From the IMG/VR virus record IMGVR_UViG_3300042868_009047: a stretch of DNA of 64,000 bases; one strand, written 5' to 3'. This DNA is from a virus. Taxonomy: Duplodnaviria; Caudoviricetes. A program made the translations under genes and the position numbers. Shown here one piece after another: positions 40,311 through 50,628 of this stretch (within the stretch, counting starts at the first letter, position 1; the number at the start of each line of letters is the position of its first letter). The notes under the pieces are model-generated. The model ran no database searches, was not told the DNA's origin, and saw nothing but the letters and a program-made list of their open reading frames with translations.

Positions 40311-41891
40311 ATGGGAGCATTATTAGAATCAGGAAAAGTTGGTAACGTTGGCTTAAATCATTTAAAAGCTGTACGTACTGACGTAATTAACAGATGGGAC
40401 AGCTTAGGACTATTAGAAGGTCTTGCTGGTCACAGAAAAGAGAATATCGCACAATTATTTGAAAACCAAGCATCACACATGCTTAATGAATCAGTTGCTT
40501 TAGGTAACGAAGGTTCTTTCGAAACTGTGGTATTCCCAATCGTGAGAAGAGTATTCTCAAAATTATTAGCTAACGAAATCGTTTCGGTTCAAGCATTAAA
40601 CTTACCTATTGGTAAATTATTCTACTTCATTCCGAAGTTAGAAAACTCAGCATTTAACTCTGCTAACGCTGGTATTAACCCAGCTGGTACATCAGTAAGT
40701 GCTAACCTTTATGACTCTTTCTACGGAGAGAACGGTCTTTATGACAACTCTAAAGGTGCTGCGACTACTTTAACTGGCGTTAAAACTGTAGCAAATTTGT
40801 ATCAATTCGATTCAGCTTCTGCTAGTGGTTATGCTACATTAGCTGGTACTTCAGTTCCAGTAAGTACAACTTCAATCATTGAGGTTGATTTCGCTGCAAG
40901 TATCACTAACTGGGATAACGCTGAAGAAGTTATGTCAACATTAAACGTTACATCTGTAACTAATGATGCTGACTTTGATTTCTATTTACCAGCTCAAAAA
41001 TATGGTAAATCAATCATGAACTCAAGTGGTGTTATCTACATCGCAGTTGTTAACAACAGTGCATCAGTAGCATTACCTTTGACTGGTTTAACTGTAACAG
41101 CTAAAGAATACGAATCTTTAGAGTACAATGACACAATGGGTGAAGTAAGCTTCGAACTTCAATCAGTAACAGTTTCTGTTATCGAAAGAAAGTTAAGAGC
41201 TCAGTGGTCTCCAGAATTAGCTCAAGACGTATCAGCGTTCCATAACATTGATGCAGAAGCTGAATTAACAGCTTTATTGTCTGAGCAAGTTGCTGCTGAG
41301 ATTGACCGTGAGATTTTACGTGACTTACGTAGAGGTGCTGCATGGAGAATGACTTGGGATTACTCTGGTTCAAGAGTTAACACAGGTGGTTTGAATGCTA
41401 CAAACGGTTTCTACACTCAAAAAGATTGGAACCAAACTTTGATCACTGCGATCAACCAAGTTTCTGCACAAATCCACAAAGCTACTTTAAGAGGTGGTGC
41501 TAACTGGATCGTAGTTTCTGCTGAGGTTTCAGCTATCTTGGACGACTTAGAATACTTCCACGTATCTAACGCTGCTCCAGAGCAAGACAAATATAACATG
41601 GGTATTGAAAGAATCGGTTCATTGGGTGGAAGATACCAAGTTTACCGTGATCCTTACTTCCCAGCTGACACAATCTTGATGGGTCACAAAGGTACATCTT
41701 TGTTGGATACAGGTTACATCTACGCACCATACGTGCCAATGCAATTAACTCCTACAATGTACAACCCATTCACCTTTGCACCAGTTAAAGGTATCATGAC
41801 TCGTTACGCTAAGAAAATGGTTAACAACCGTTTCTATGGTGTAATCAAATGTCAAAATATCGTTAGCTTCGGTATCACAGGTTTAAGATAA
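40311..41891 (+). CDS. gp23: Major capsid protein (T4 gp23-like)
   Basis: FPIVRRVF, RKLRAQWSPELAQD...HNIDAEAEL, YAPYVP, GIMTRYA. Confidence 0.97.
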   Translation: MGALLESGKVGNVGLNHLKAVRTDVINRWDSLGLLEGLAGHRKENIAQLFENQASHMLNESVALGNEGSFETVVFPIVRRVFSKLLANEIVSVQALNLPIGKLFYFIPKLENSAFNSANAGINPAGTSVSANLYDSFYGENGLYDNSKGAATTLTGVKTVANLYQFDSASASGYATLAGTSVPVSTTSIIEVDFAASITNWDNAEEVMSTLNVTSVTNDADFDFYLPAQKYGKSIMNSSGVIYIAVVNNSASVALPLTGLTVTAKEYESLEYNDTMGEVSFELQSVTVSVIERKLRAQWSPELAQDVSAFHNIDAEAELTALLSEQVAAEIDREILRDLRRGAAWRMTWDYSGSRVNTGGLNATNGFYTQKDWNQTLITAINQVSAQIHKATLRGGANWIVVSAEVSAILDDLEYFHVSNAAPEQDKYNMGIERIGSLGGRYQVYRDPYFPADTILMGHKGTSLLDTGYIYAPYVPMQLTPTMYNPFTFAPVKGIMTRYAKKMVNNRFYGVIKCQNIVSFGITGLR

Positions 41892-41915
41892 TCTTAAAGG
41901 TTTACATTAAAATAC

Positions 41916-41944
41916 AAAAGGGTGGATTTTTTCCACCCTTTTTT
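41916..41944 (+). terminator. Intrinsic terminator after capsid gene
   Basis: AAAAGGGTGGA-ttttt-TCCACCCTTTT plus T tract. Confidence 0.88.
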
Positions 41945-41947
41945 GTT

Positions 41948-41976
41948 TATATTTGTTTCTATTATTACTATATTTG
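41948..41976 (+). promoter_or_regulatory. Tandem TATATTTG (-7-type) boxes before the second glycan operon
   Basis: TATATTTG at 41948-41955 and 41969-41976; TATTTAT at 41993-41999 overlaps the start codon. Confidence 0.5.
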
Positions 41977-41997
41977 TATGGTTAATTAGAAATATTT

Positions 41998-44751
41998 ATG
42001 AAAAAATTATTATACATCGCCCCACACCTTTCCACAGGCGGTTTACCACAGTACTTAACTAAAAAAATTGAATTACTTAGAGATTCGTTTGACATATATG
42101 TTGTTGAATGGTCTAACCACACTGGTGGCGTGTTGGTTGTACAAAGAGATAAAATAACTTCAATGGTTGCGCCAGATAAATTCTTTACTCTGGAAGAAAA
42201 TAAAATGCAACTGATTGATATTATTAACCAGGTGTCTCCAGACATTATACACTTGGAAGAAATCCCTGAATATTTCATGGATTTTGACGTTGCAAAAGAA
42301 ATTTACAAAAAAGATCGTAATTATGTTATCGTAGAAACTTCTCACGATTCATCATATGATGCGACACAAAAGAAATTTTACCCAGACAAATTTATGTTTG
42401 TATCTGATTGGCAAATTAAATTATTTGAATCAATTGATATCCCAAAAGTTTTGGTTGAATATCCTATTGAATATAAACAAAGACCAAATAGAGAAAATGC
42501 GTTAAGAGATCTTAATTTAGATCCTAATAAAAAACACGTATTACACGTTGGTTTGTTCACGCCAAGAAAAAATCAAAAAGAATTTTTTGAATATGCTAAG
42601 TCTTTACCTGATTATGTTTTTCACTCTGTCGGAAATCAAGCTGGTAACTTTGCTCATTACTGGGAACCTTTAATGGTTGATAAACCAAGTAATGTTGTTT
42701 GGCACGGTGAAAGAAAAGATGTTGATAGGTTCTATCAAGCAATGGATCTATTCTTATTCACGTCCAGAGGTACTGATAATGATAAAGAAACTATGCCATT
42801 GGTTATTCGTGAGGCAATTTCCTGGAACTTACCAATTTTAATTTACAACCTTGGTGTTTATTTGAATTACTTTGATAAATTTGATAACGTAAAGTATTTA
42901 GATTTCTCTGATTTTAATAAAAACTGTTCCTTAATTACCGAAGTTCTTGAAAACGGTATAGAGTTTCAACCAAAAACAAAAGAAATTAACAGGGAAAAAG
43001 AAGCTATTATAATTTCTACATACCCAACAACAAAAAGCGTATTTGATACAACAGTTGAATGTATTTTAGCTGCTAAAAAAACTGGTAGAAAAGTTATTTT
43101 AACCTCACATTTACCAATTTCCCCAGATTTACAGAGTTTAGTTGACTATTGTATATATGACAAAAATAATATTCTAACCAAACACACATTCTACTCACAG
43201 AGTAGATACAGCGAAGCTGATTTCTTTGCGTTTGTTAATCTAAGAGGTGAAGGTAATGATATTTATCATGGTCCAACTTGTTACACAAACTATTATAACG
43301 GTGCCGCATTAGCAAATGAGTTAGGTATGGAAAAAGTTTATTTCCTTAACTATGATTACGTGCTTAAAAATGATTCGTATTTAGATAACATTTCAAATGT
43401 ATTGGATACAAAATCTGCTTATTTTGGTGATATGCCAAATAATCCAGAAGGTCATTCTGTTACAACGTTTTTTATGGGTATTAAACCATCATTTTATTTA
43501 GATACCGTTGAACCAATTTTTGATGTCCATGGTTACGAGAATTTGAGAACCAAATGGGGTTCGTTCAGTAATGGGTATGAGAATATGATGTATTTTGCTT
43601 TTAAAGATAAAATGAATCAGATTGAATTAGTTGGTGAAGAGCAATTTAAAACTGAGGTAGCAACTAATTTCCACCATAGAGATTATTCTAGAGTGGAGTA
43701 CTTTACAGTATTACCGACAAATATACCAAATTCATTTGCTGTTTACTTCCAAGTATCAAATTCAGTTGATAGTAGAATTGTTAATATCACTATTAATAAA
43801 AATGGATCTTTACTTAAAGAAGAGCAAATTACGGTAACAGGTAGAGGTGCTTGGTATAATATGGTTGGTTATAATTTAGATGAAAATGCTGAATATACGG
43901 TTGACTATCAATCATTTGATAAAGATACACAGCAGTTTATTGAGAGTAAATTTATAAAGATTGATAATAATTATATCACAAATGTTTTACCGAATAACGG
44001 TAATTTTGATTATAAAGGTGATCACAATAGTGTTAATTTATTAACTAACAACGATAGTTCAAAACCTAAAATTAGAATTGTGCATTTAGTTACTGAACCA
44101 TCAAGTAACCCCAAAGAGTTACGATCAGCGTTTTCTTTAAAAGATTTTGCTAATACTTTTGATAACGTTGAGTACTATCAAAAAGTTAATTTAATCTATA
44201 AGGATTTACCACCAGCTGATAATTGCAATAGACCACAGGATGTCGCATCTGAACCAGGATACTTCAAGCTGTCCCCAGGGCACTATGGTTGTTTCTTAGC
44301 GCATAAAAATGGTATTACTTTACCAGACAACAACCAATATGATTTTATCTTAGTATTTGAGGGTGATGTTATCATTGACGCACCTTATCAAGAATTATAC
44401 GATAATCTAATCAGATGGTCACAATTGGCTAAAGAAGAAAACGTGGATATGGTTGGTTTTGGTAACTACTGTGCCGAAAGATATAGTGGTGAACGCGAAG
44501 ATTTAATGCTTAATTTAAGTATTTTTGCGCCAGCACAATCCTACTTGATTAATAGAGAAAAATTACCTACTTTTGTGGAAAGATTTGAAACTTGTAAATG
44601 GGATGCATTTGATTTGTGGATGACCAAGGTTGCTAAATTACATGGTGCTATGGCTAACAAGATCTATACTAAACATTTACCAGGTTATTCTATCGTAGAT
44701 AGAAAAGATAAAAATAAAGATAACGACTACGCAGCAATTTTTACTAATTAA
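41998..44751 (+). CDS. Multi-domain glycosyltransferase (GT4-like N-terminus, unknown middle, GT25-like C-terminus)
   Basis: N: HLSTGGLPQY, HVGLFTPRKNQ, DLFLFTS...ETMPLVIREA. C: GHYGCFLAH...LVFEGDV. Confidence 0.75.
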   Translation: MKKLLYIAPHLSTGGLPQYLTKKIELLRDSFDIYVVEWSNHTGGVLVVQRDKITSMVAPDKFFTLEENKMQLIDIINQVSPDIIHLEEIPEYFMDFDVAKEIYKKDRNYVIVETSHDSSYDATQKKFYPDKFMFVSDWQIKLFESIDIPKVLVEYPIEYKQRPNRENALRDLNLDPNKKHVLHVGLFTPRKNQKEFFEYAKSLPDYVFHSVGNQAGNFAHYWEPLMVDKPSNVVWHGERKDVDRFYQAMDLFLFTSRGTDNDKETMPLVIREAISWNLPILIYNLGVYLNYFDKFDNVKYLDFSDFNKNCSLITEVLENGIEFQPKTKEINREKEAIIISTYPTTKSVFDTTVECILAAKKTGRKVILTSHLPISPDLQSLVDYCIYDKNNILTKHTFYSQSRYSEADFFAFVNLRGEGNDIYHGPTCYTNYYNGAALANELGMEKVYFLNYDYVLKNDSYLDNISNVLDTKSAYFGDMPNNPEGHSVTTFFMGIKPSFYLDTVEPIFDVHGYENLRTKWGSFSNGYENMMYFAFKDKMNQIELVGEEQFKTEVATNFHHRDYSRVEYFTVLPTNIPNSFAVYFQVSNSVDSRIVNITINKNGSLLKEEQITVTGRGAWYNMVGYNLDENAEYTVDYQSFDKDTQQFIESKFIKIDNNYITNVLPNNGNFDYKGDHNSVNLLTNNDSSKPKIRIVHLVTEPSSNPKELRSAFSLKDFANTFDNVEYYQKVNLIYKDLPPADNCNRPQDVASEPGYFKLSPGHYGCFLAHKNGITLPDNNQYDFILVFEGDVIIDAPYQELYDNLIRWSQLAKEENVDMVGFGNYCAERYSGEREDLMLNLSIFAPAQSYLINREKLPTFVERFETCKWDAFDLWMTKVAKLHGAMANKIYTKHLPGYSIVDRKDKNKDNDYAAIFTN

Positions 44752-45344
44752 TGTATTTACACGGCCACAAATTAAACACAAAACACCCAGATTTCGATAT
44801 CGAATGGTATAAATGTGTTTTCAAAGAGATTTGGTTAGATCACGAATACTCAAGATATGGTGTTGAAATTGAAAAAGGTGATGTGGTTGTCGATTGCGGG
44901 GCGAATGTTGGTTTTTTTACCAATTACGCCTTAAACCACAGAAAAGCAAAACACGTTTATTCATTTGAATGTGAGGAAACATTTGTTGAGTGTTTAAAAG
45001 AAAACACAAATGAAAATGTTACCATAACACAAGCGTTTGTTTCAGATAGGGATGAAGTTGGTCATTATAACATAGAAAAAATGTTACATGATTTTGGTTT
45101 AACACACATTGATTTTATTAAAGTGGATATTGAATGGTGGGAATACCCATTATTAATTAACATGTCTAATGAGACGATGAAGAGAGCAAACAAATGGGTA
45201 ATAGAATTACACAGCATTTACGAAAATTATGATAAAATAATGGACATAATTGAAAAATTCACATTAAATGGGTTTGATATCAATTATGAGCAAGTGCATA
45301 AAGAAACAAACCTAGCATTATTATACGTAAAAAAAAGAATATGA
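44751..45344 (+). CDS. FkbM-family SAM-dependent methyltransferase
   Basis: VVVDCGANVGFF, IDFIKVDIE. Confidence 0.85.
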   Translation: MYLHGHKLNTKHPDFDIEWYKCVFKEIWLDHEYSRYGVEIEKGDVVVDCGANVGFFTNYALNHRKAKHVYSFECEETFVECLKENTNENVTITQAFVSDRDEVGHYNIEKMLHDFGLTHIDFIKVDIEWWEYPLLINMSNETMKRANKWVIELHSIYENYDKIMDIIEKFTLNGFDINYEQVHKETNLALLYVKKRI

Positions 45345-46291
45345 AAATTTGCCAAGTACATCCAGGATGCGGAATCCCAGTTCCACCACCTAATTGGGGC
45401 GCTGTAGAAAAAATAGTATGGGAGTTTACCCAGAATTTAAGATTATTAGGACATGAGGTTGATATTAAATACGCCAATGAGATTAAACCAGGTGAATATG
45501 ATGTTGTTCACGTACACATGGCCAATTTATGTCATTTTTTACACGATAGGGGTATACCATACATTTATCAATTACATGATCACCATGCGTACTACTACGG
45601 TAAAGGTTCTTACGTGTTTAACCAAAATAACAGAGCTATTCTCGAATCACAGGTTTCTTTGATGCCTGGTAAATTCTTGGTACCTTATTTTGAAACAGAA
45701 AAAGCTGTTTATTTTTCACATGGTGTTAATACAGATTTTTATCACCCATCAGATGTTAGGCCAAAAGAACATAAATTATTATGTTTAGCAAATAATGGTT
45801 TAGCTGGTATGGATGGTTATGATAGAAAAGGTTTTGGTTTTGCAATCCAAGCCGCAATGTCGAGAAATCTACCAATCACAATTGCTGGACCAAGAAATAA
45901 CCAGAATTTCTTTAATGAAAACCCATGGGTTAATGGTTACACAAAATTATCAATCGAATGGGAGCCAAATCAAGATGAATTAGTTGATTTGTATCATAGA
46001 CACACAATCTTCATGCATCCTTCTGAATTAGAAGCTGGGCACCCTAATTTAACGATATTAGAGGCCGCTGCATGTGGTTTACCCATTAACGGGGCCATTG
46101 AGATTGAAACTGATTTTAACGGTATGTGGAGAGCACCTAGAAAGGTTACAGACATTGTACGTGGTTTGGACGACATCATCACCAACTACGATACATATCG
46201 TGAAAGAGCTATTCAACATGCCGAGTCCTTATCATGGTATAACAGATCAAAAGAATTATTAGAGGTTTACAAACAATACACACAGCGATGA
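45341..46291 (+). CDS. GT4 family glycosyltransferase
   Basis: PPPNWGAVE, HGVNTDFY, HPSELEAGHPNLTILEAAACGLP. Confidence 0.85.
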   Translation: MKICQVHPGCGIPVPPPNWGAVEKIVWEFTQNLRLLGHEVDIKYANEIKPGEYDVVHVHMANLCHFLHDRGIPYIYQLHDHHAYYYGKGSYVFNQNNRAILESQVSLMPGKFLVPYFETEKAVYFSHGVNTDFYHPSDVRPKEHKLLCLANNGLAGMDGYDRKGFGFAIQAAMSRNLPITIAGPRNNQNFFNENPWVNGYTKLSIEWEPNQDELVDLYHRHTIFMHPSELEAGHPNLTILEAAACGLPINGAIEIETDFNGMWRAPRKVTDIVRGLDDIITNYDTYRERAIQHAESLSWYNRSKELLEVYKQYTQR

Positions 46292-47913
46292 GAATATTAG
46301 GGCTTTCAGCTGGATCACATTCTTGTGGTATAAGTTTAATAGAAGATGGTAAAATAATTTTTTCTTTAGAAGAAGAAAGGTGTACAAGGGTAAAAGTTTA
46401 CAAAGATTTTTACGGTAATTATTTTAGGTACCCAAAACAATCAATTATTGAGGCTATTAATAAATTTAATTTAGACCTAAATTCAGTTGATTACATAACA
46501 AGTTACTATCCTAAACATGAGGTTAAAATATTTTGGAAAAGTATGAATCTAGGTGTATTCCCAGAACAAAAATTTATATTTATTGACCACCATGATTCAC
46601 ATGCAGCCACTGCTTATTATATGAGCGGTTTTGATGAGGACACACTTGTTGTTACTATGGATGCTAGCGGTGGACAATATAGCGCAAAATATTTTATTGG
46701 TACCAATGGTAGTTTAGATTATATTGACGGTTTAGATTTAACAAAAAAATCTTTTGGCCATTATTACGCAATGTTAACAGAATTTTTAGGTTTTAGACGA
46801 CTTAAAGATGAAGGTAAAGTTGTTGGTATGGCAGCTCATGGTAGACATGACACTGTTTCATACCAAGCTTTTAATGAATGTATTAAAATTGAGGGTATAC
46901 ACACAGACAAGGATCAATCAGATGTATTATTTGGTCAACTGTACCTTGATTTTTATACCAAGTACTATAAAACATTAGGTTCTAGGGTATTTTTTGGTAC
47001 AAAAGCTGACTTAGCTTACACAGGACAACTTGTCTTTGAAGAAAAAATATTACAGGTGTTTAACAACTTACATAACATGTATCCTAATGTTAAAAAAGTT
47101 GCTGTAGCTGGTGGTGTTTTTGCTAATGTAAAATTAAATAAACGTATTAATGAACTATACTGGGTTGATGAAATGTTTGTGGCACCCCCAATGGGTGACG
47201 AAGGTTGTCCACTTGGTTGTGTTTTATTAGTGCATAAAATGTTTACACCAGACTTTAAACCATTTAGATTGGACAACATGTTTATGGGTACCTCATATAC
47301 AGATGTTGAGGTTGGTGAACATTATTGGGACCAAAATAAATTCTCAAGAGAAATATTTACACCAGAATTAACCGCAAAATATTTAGCAGAAGGTAAAATT
47401 ATGGGTGTTTTTAACGGTAGATATGAACACGGTCCAAGAGCTTTGGGTAATCGTAGTATCATTGGTGAGGTAACTAATCCAGATACTTACGATAAGCTCA
47501 ATAATAAACTCCAAAGAAACGATTTCATGCCATTTGCACCAGCTGTTATGGAAGAACATGCTGATACGATCTTTAATGTCACTAAATCAAGATATACAGC
47601 TGAATTTATGACCATGTTGTATGATACAAGACCTGAATGGGCTGACAGAATACCAACAGTTGTTCACCCCAAGGATAAAACAGCTAGAATACAAATAGTA
47701 ACTAAAACAAGCAACCCAACATTTTATAAAATATTGGATGAATACAATAAAATAACTGGCGTACCCGTTCTTTTAAATACATCATTTAATGTGCATGAAG
47801 AACCGATTGTATGTCACCCGAACGAAGCGTTTAACCATTTAGAAAACGATGTCGTTGACTTAATAATAATAAACAATTTTATCTATAAAAAATATGAAGG
47901 AAATATTAACTAA
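46288..47913 (+). CDS. O-carbamoyltransferase (NodU/CmcH/TobZ family)
   Basis: EEER..R.K, HHDSHAA, GGVFANVKLN, GPRALGNRSI, FMPFAP, TARIQ, LLNTSFN. Confidence 0.93.
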   Translation: MRILGLSAGSHSCGISLIEDGKIIFSLEEERCTRVKVYKDFYGNYFRYPKQSIIEAINKFNLDLNSVDYITSYYPKHEVKIFWKSMNLGVFPEQKFIFIDHHDSHAATAYYMSGFDEDTLVVTMDASGGQYSAKYFIGTNGSLDYIDGLDLTKKSFGHYYAMLTEFLGFRRLKDEGKVVGMAAHGRHDTVSYQAFNECIKIEGIHTDKDQSDVLFGQLYLDFYTKYYKTLGSRVFFGTKADLAYTGQLVFEEKILQVFNNLHNMYPNVKKVAVAGGVFANVKLNKRINELYWVDEMFVAPPMGDEGCPLGCVLLVHKMFTPDFKPFRLDNMFMGTSYTDVEVGEHYWDQNKFSREIFTPELTAKYLAEGKIMGVFNGRYEHGPRALGNRSIIGEVTNPDTYDKLNNKLQRNDFMPFAPAVMEEHADTIFNVTKSRYTAEFMTMLYDTRPEWADRIPTVVHPKDKTARIQIVTKTSNPTFYKILDEYNKITGVPVLLNTSFNVHEEPIVCHPNEAFNHLENDVVDLIIINNFIYKKYEGNIN

Positions 47914-49165
47914 CGAATACAATAATACGGAAATCTTAAGAAAAGATTTTAAAGAACCATCTAACTCATTTATCATACATTTTGTGAATGGTGCTTTGTG
48001 TGAGATTAAAGGACCAATATCTAAAAAATACAAGGTTGTTTTTTCTGATAATAAAACTGGACACGTACATCACGTATCTGAGATTACAAATAACATGTGG
48101 ACTAAAAGTGCTATCGAATATTTCATCGAATGGAATATTAAGGTGTATGAATTAGAAACTGATGAGTTGGTTTTTGAACACACATACGACTGTAAGGACA
48201 AAAGAGTTTATATCCACTTAGATAGCTCCGCTGTTGGTGATACAATGGCTTGGTTCCCTTATGTGGATGAGTTTAGAAAGAAACACGGTTGTAAAGTATT
48301 GTGTTCAACATTCCATAATGAATGGTTTGAAAAGATGTACTCAGAAATTGAATTTGTTAAACCTGGTACGCCTGTGATTGATTTGTACGCTATGTATAAA
48401 ATCGGTTGGTTCTATGATGACAAAGAAGTTGTTAAATCTAAAATCCCAATCGACTTTAAACAACACCCGTTACAAGAAAGTAGTTCATGTATTTTGGGTC
48501 TTGATTACGAAGAAGTTAAACCAAAGGTATTTGTACCTGATGAACCTAGTAGGATTGACGGTAAATACGTAATTATTGCACCTCACGCATCTGCGCACGC
48601 TAAGTATTGGAATCATCCAGGTGGGTGGCAAGGTGTTATCGATCATTTAAATGATAATGGTTATAAGGTTGTTATGATTACATCAGAAAAATTAGGTGAT
48701 GCTTGGCATGACTCCAAACTTGGTGGTACATTAAAGAACGTTATCGATAAAACTGGTGGTCACATTGATCTTGTTGACCGAATGATTGATATTAAACATG
48801 CGTCAGCTTTTATTGGCCTTGGTAGTGGGTTAAGTTGGTTATCTTGGGCTATTGGAACACCTACGGTTCTTATTTCAGGGTTTAGTTATCCTTTATCAGA
48901 GTTTGCTGATTGCGAAAGAATTTTTAATCCAGATGTTTGTAACGGATGTTTTAACAGACATTGGTTAAATCCAGGGGATTGGGAATGGTGCCCAGATCAT
49001 AAAGACACACCAAGACATTTTGAATGTTCTAAAACTATTAAAACTCAAACAGTTATAGACGCTGTTGATAGACTTTTAAGTAAAAAAGAAGAGATTATTC
49101 AAGAAGTTACTGAAGAGGTCTTAGAAAAAAAAGAGAAAAAAAGTTTTTTTGGTAAGTTTTTTTAG
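47894..49165 (+). CDS. TibC/Aah-type autotransporter O-heptosyltransferase homologue
   Basis: AVGDTMAWFPYVDEFRKKHGC, KYWN..GW, FIGLGSGLSWLSWA.GTP.VLISGFS; four Cys (CNGC...WCP...FECS) in the iron-finger arrangement. Confidence 0.85.
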   Translation: MKEILTNEYNNTEILRKDFKEPSNSFIIHFVNGALCEIKGPISKKYKVVFSDNKTGHVHHVSEITNNMWTKSAIEYFIEWNIKVYELETDELVFEHTYDCKDKRVYIHLDSSAVGDTMAWFPYVDEFRKKHGCKVLCSTFHNEWFEKMYSEIEFVKPGTPVIDLYAMYKIGWFYDDKEVVKSKIPIDFKQHPLQESSSCILGLDYEEVKPKVFVPDEPSRIDGKYVIIAPHASAHAKYWNHPGGWQGVIDHLNDNGYKVVMITSEKLGDAWHDSKLGGTLKNVIDKTGGHIDLVDRMIDIKHASAFIGLGSGLSWLSWAIGTPTVLISGFSYPLSEFADCERIFNPDVCNGCFNRHWLNPGDWEWCPDHKDTPRHFECSKTIKTQTVIDAVDRLLSKKEEIIQEVTEEVLEKKEKKSFFGKFF

Positions 49166-49174
49166 GTATATTTG
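49148..49174 (+). promoter_or_regulatory. Possible host-type promoter
   Basis: TTTG, 15 nt, TATATTTG; spacing shorter than consensus. Confidence 0.4.
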
Positions 49175-49201
49175 TTGCTATAATGTAAGATAGCAACAAC
49201 T

Positions 49202-49771
49202 ATGTTTTATAAATATGATGAAAAACAACTCAGATTTGTTAAGAACAAACTGGGTATAAGAATAGCATTGGGAACCACCATTTTATTGATGGTTGGTTCC
49301 TTTTTTCTTGGCAGGTATTTCCAATCAGATGCGTTGGATAATATTGAAAATGAGGTTAAAATAGTTAACCTTCAAAAAGAAAAAGATAAATTTTCAAAAG
49401 AAAGATTTATTAGTGAATTAAAAAACAAAAAGGTTAAATTCCCTTACATCGTAATGGCCCAGGCTATTATGGAAAGTGGTTTGGGTAAAAGCAATTTATT
49501 TAAAGAAAACCATAATTTGTTTGGGATGCGTTTGGCTAGAAGTAGGATGACAACTGCCGCAGAATCAAAAAATAATTTTGCTTATTATAATAAGTGGCAA
49601 GATTGTGTGTTGGATATGGCTTATTTCCAAGCTTCTTATTTAAACGGAATTAACACCGAAGAAAAATACCTACTATATTTAGGTGCTAATTATGCAGAAT
49701 CACCAACTTACATAACAAAATTAAAAAGTGTTATAAACAATCAAAATCTAAAATCGTATTTTAATGAGTAA
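49202..49771 (+). CDS. Glucosaminidase-domain (GH73-like) peptidoglycan hydrolase with N-terminal TM
   Basis: AQAIMESG...NNLFG-like (HNLFGM), YAESPTY; hydrophobic segment at about aa 21-40. Confidence 0.8.
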   Translation: MFYKYDEKQLRFVKNKLGIRIALGTTILLMVGSFFLGRYFQSDALDNIENEVKIVNLQKEKDKFSKERFISELKNKKVKFPYIVMAQAIMESGLGKSNLFKENHNLFGMRLARSRMTTAAESKNNFAYYNKWQDCVLDMAYFQASYLNGINTEEKYLLYLGANYAESPTYITKLKSVINNQNLKSYFNE

Positions 49772-50597
49772 AGAAAAATTAAAAGATATACTCTCCACCC
49801 CAACTTATTGTGGGCAAGAACAATATCTTATAGCGAAAATAACAAGATATCTTAGTGAAAGTAATTTAGATTATGTTGTTGATGAACATGGCAATATCTA
49901 TGTAACAAAGGGTGTTGCTGATCACTACCCTTGTATTGTTGCCCATACAGATTCAGTCCATAGGATTGTTGAAATGGATATTCTTGAACGTGAGGATGAT
50001 GAGGATATTTTATACGCTGTTGAAAAGGGTACAAATAAAAGAACTGGGTGTGGCGGGGATAATAAGGCTGGTGTATACGTTTGCTTGGAATTACTTGAAC
50101 GTGTTGAGATTCTTAAAGCCGCTTTTTTTGTTTCAGAAGAATATGGTTGCTTTGGTTCAATACTTTCAGATGAGACATTCTTTGAAAACGTTGGATACAC
50201 ACTTCAATTTGATGCACCAGAAAATGATTGGGTAACCCATTATTGTAATGGTGTTAAACTATTTGATGAGGAAGGTGATTTTTATAAAACAATCCAACCA
50301 ATACTAGAAGATTACATGGGTGATTATTCTTTGGGTAGACACCCGTACACAGACGTAAGCGTTTTAGGAGCTTTTCATGACTTTTCTTGTATCAACTATT
50401 CAGTTGGTTATTACAACATGCATTCAAACATGGAGTATGTCAGCGTTGGTTTTACACAACAAGCCAAAAATATCGCTTTAGAGATCATTTCATCCCTGGG
50501 TAATATAAAGTATCCGTTTATAGATGAAACCGTCAGAATCGACAAAGAAAAGGCCAGAGAGAGGGCTTTAAAATCACTTAATGGTTTAAGAAAATAA
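49764..50597 (+). CDS. Zn peptidase, M20/M28/M42-like
   Basis: IVAHTDSV, GGDNKAG, SEEYGC.GS. Confidence 0.85.
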   Translation: MSKEKLKDILSTPTYCGQEQYLIAKITRYLSESNLDYVVDEHGNIYVTKGVADHYPCIVAHTDSVHRIVEMDILEREDDEDILYAVEKGTNKRTGCGGDNKAGVYVCLELLERVEILKAAFFVSEEYGCFGSILSDETFFENVGYTLQFDAPENDWVTHYCNGVKLFDEEGDFYKTIQPILEDYMGDYSLGRHPYTDVSVLGAFHDFSCINYSVGYYNMHSNMEYVSVGFTQQAKNIALEIISSLGNIKYPFIDETVRIDKEKARERALKSLNGLRK

Positions 50598-50622
50598 AAA
50601 AAGGGGTTTTAAACCCCTTTCT
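50596..50622. terminator. Bidirectional terminator between convergent genes
   Basis: AAAGGGG-ttttaaa-CCCCTTT flanked by A/T tracts. Confidence 0.8.
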
Positions 50623-50628
50623 TATTTA

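Noticed and set aside
6610-50235. Short ORFs nested within or antisense to recognised genes
   Set aside because: They overlap well-supported CDSs and show no motifs; expected by chance.
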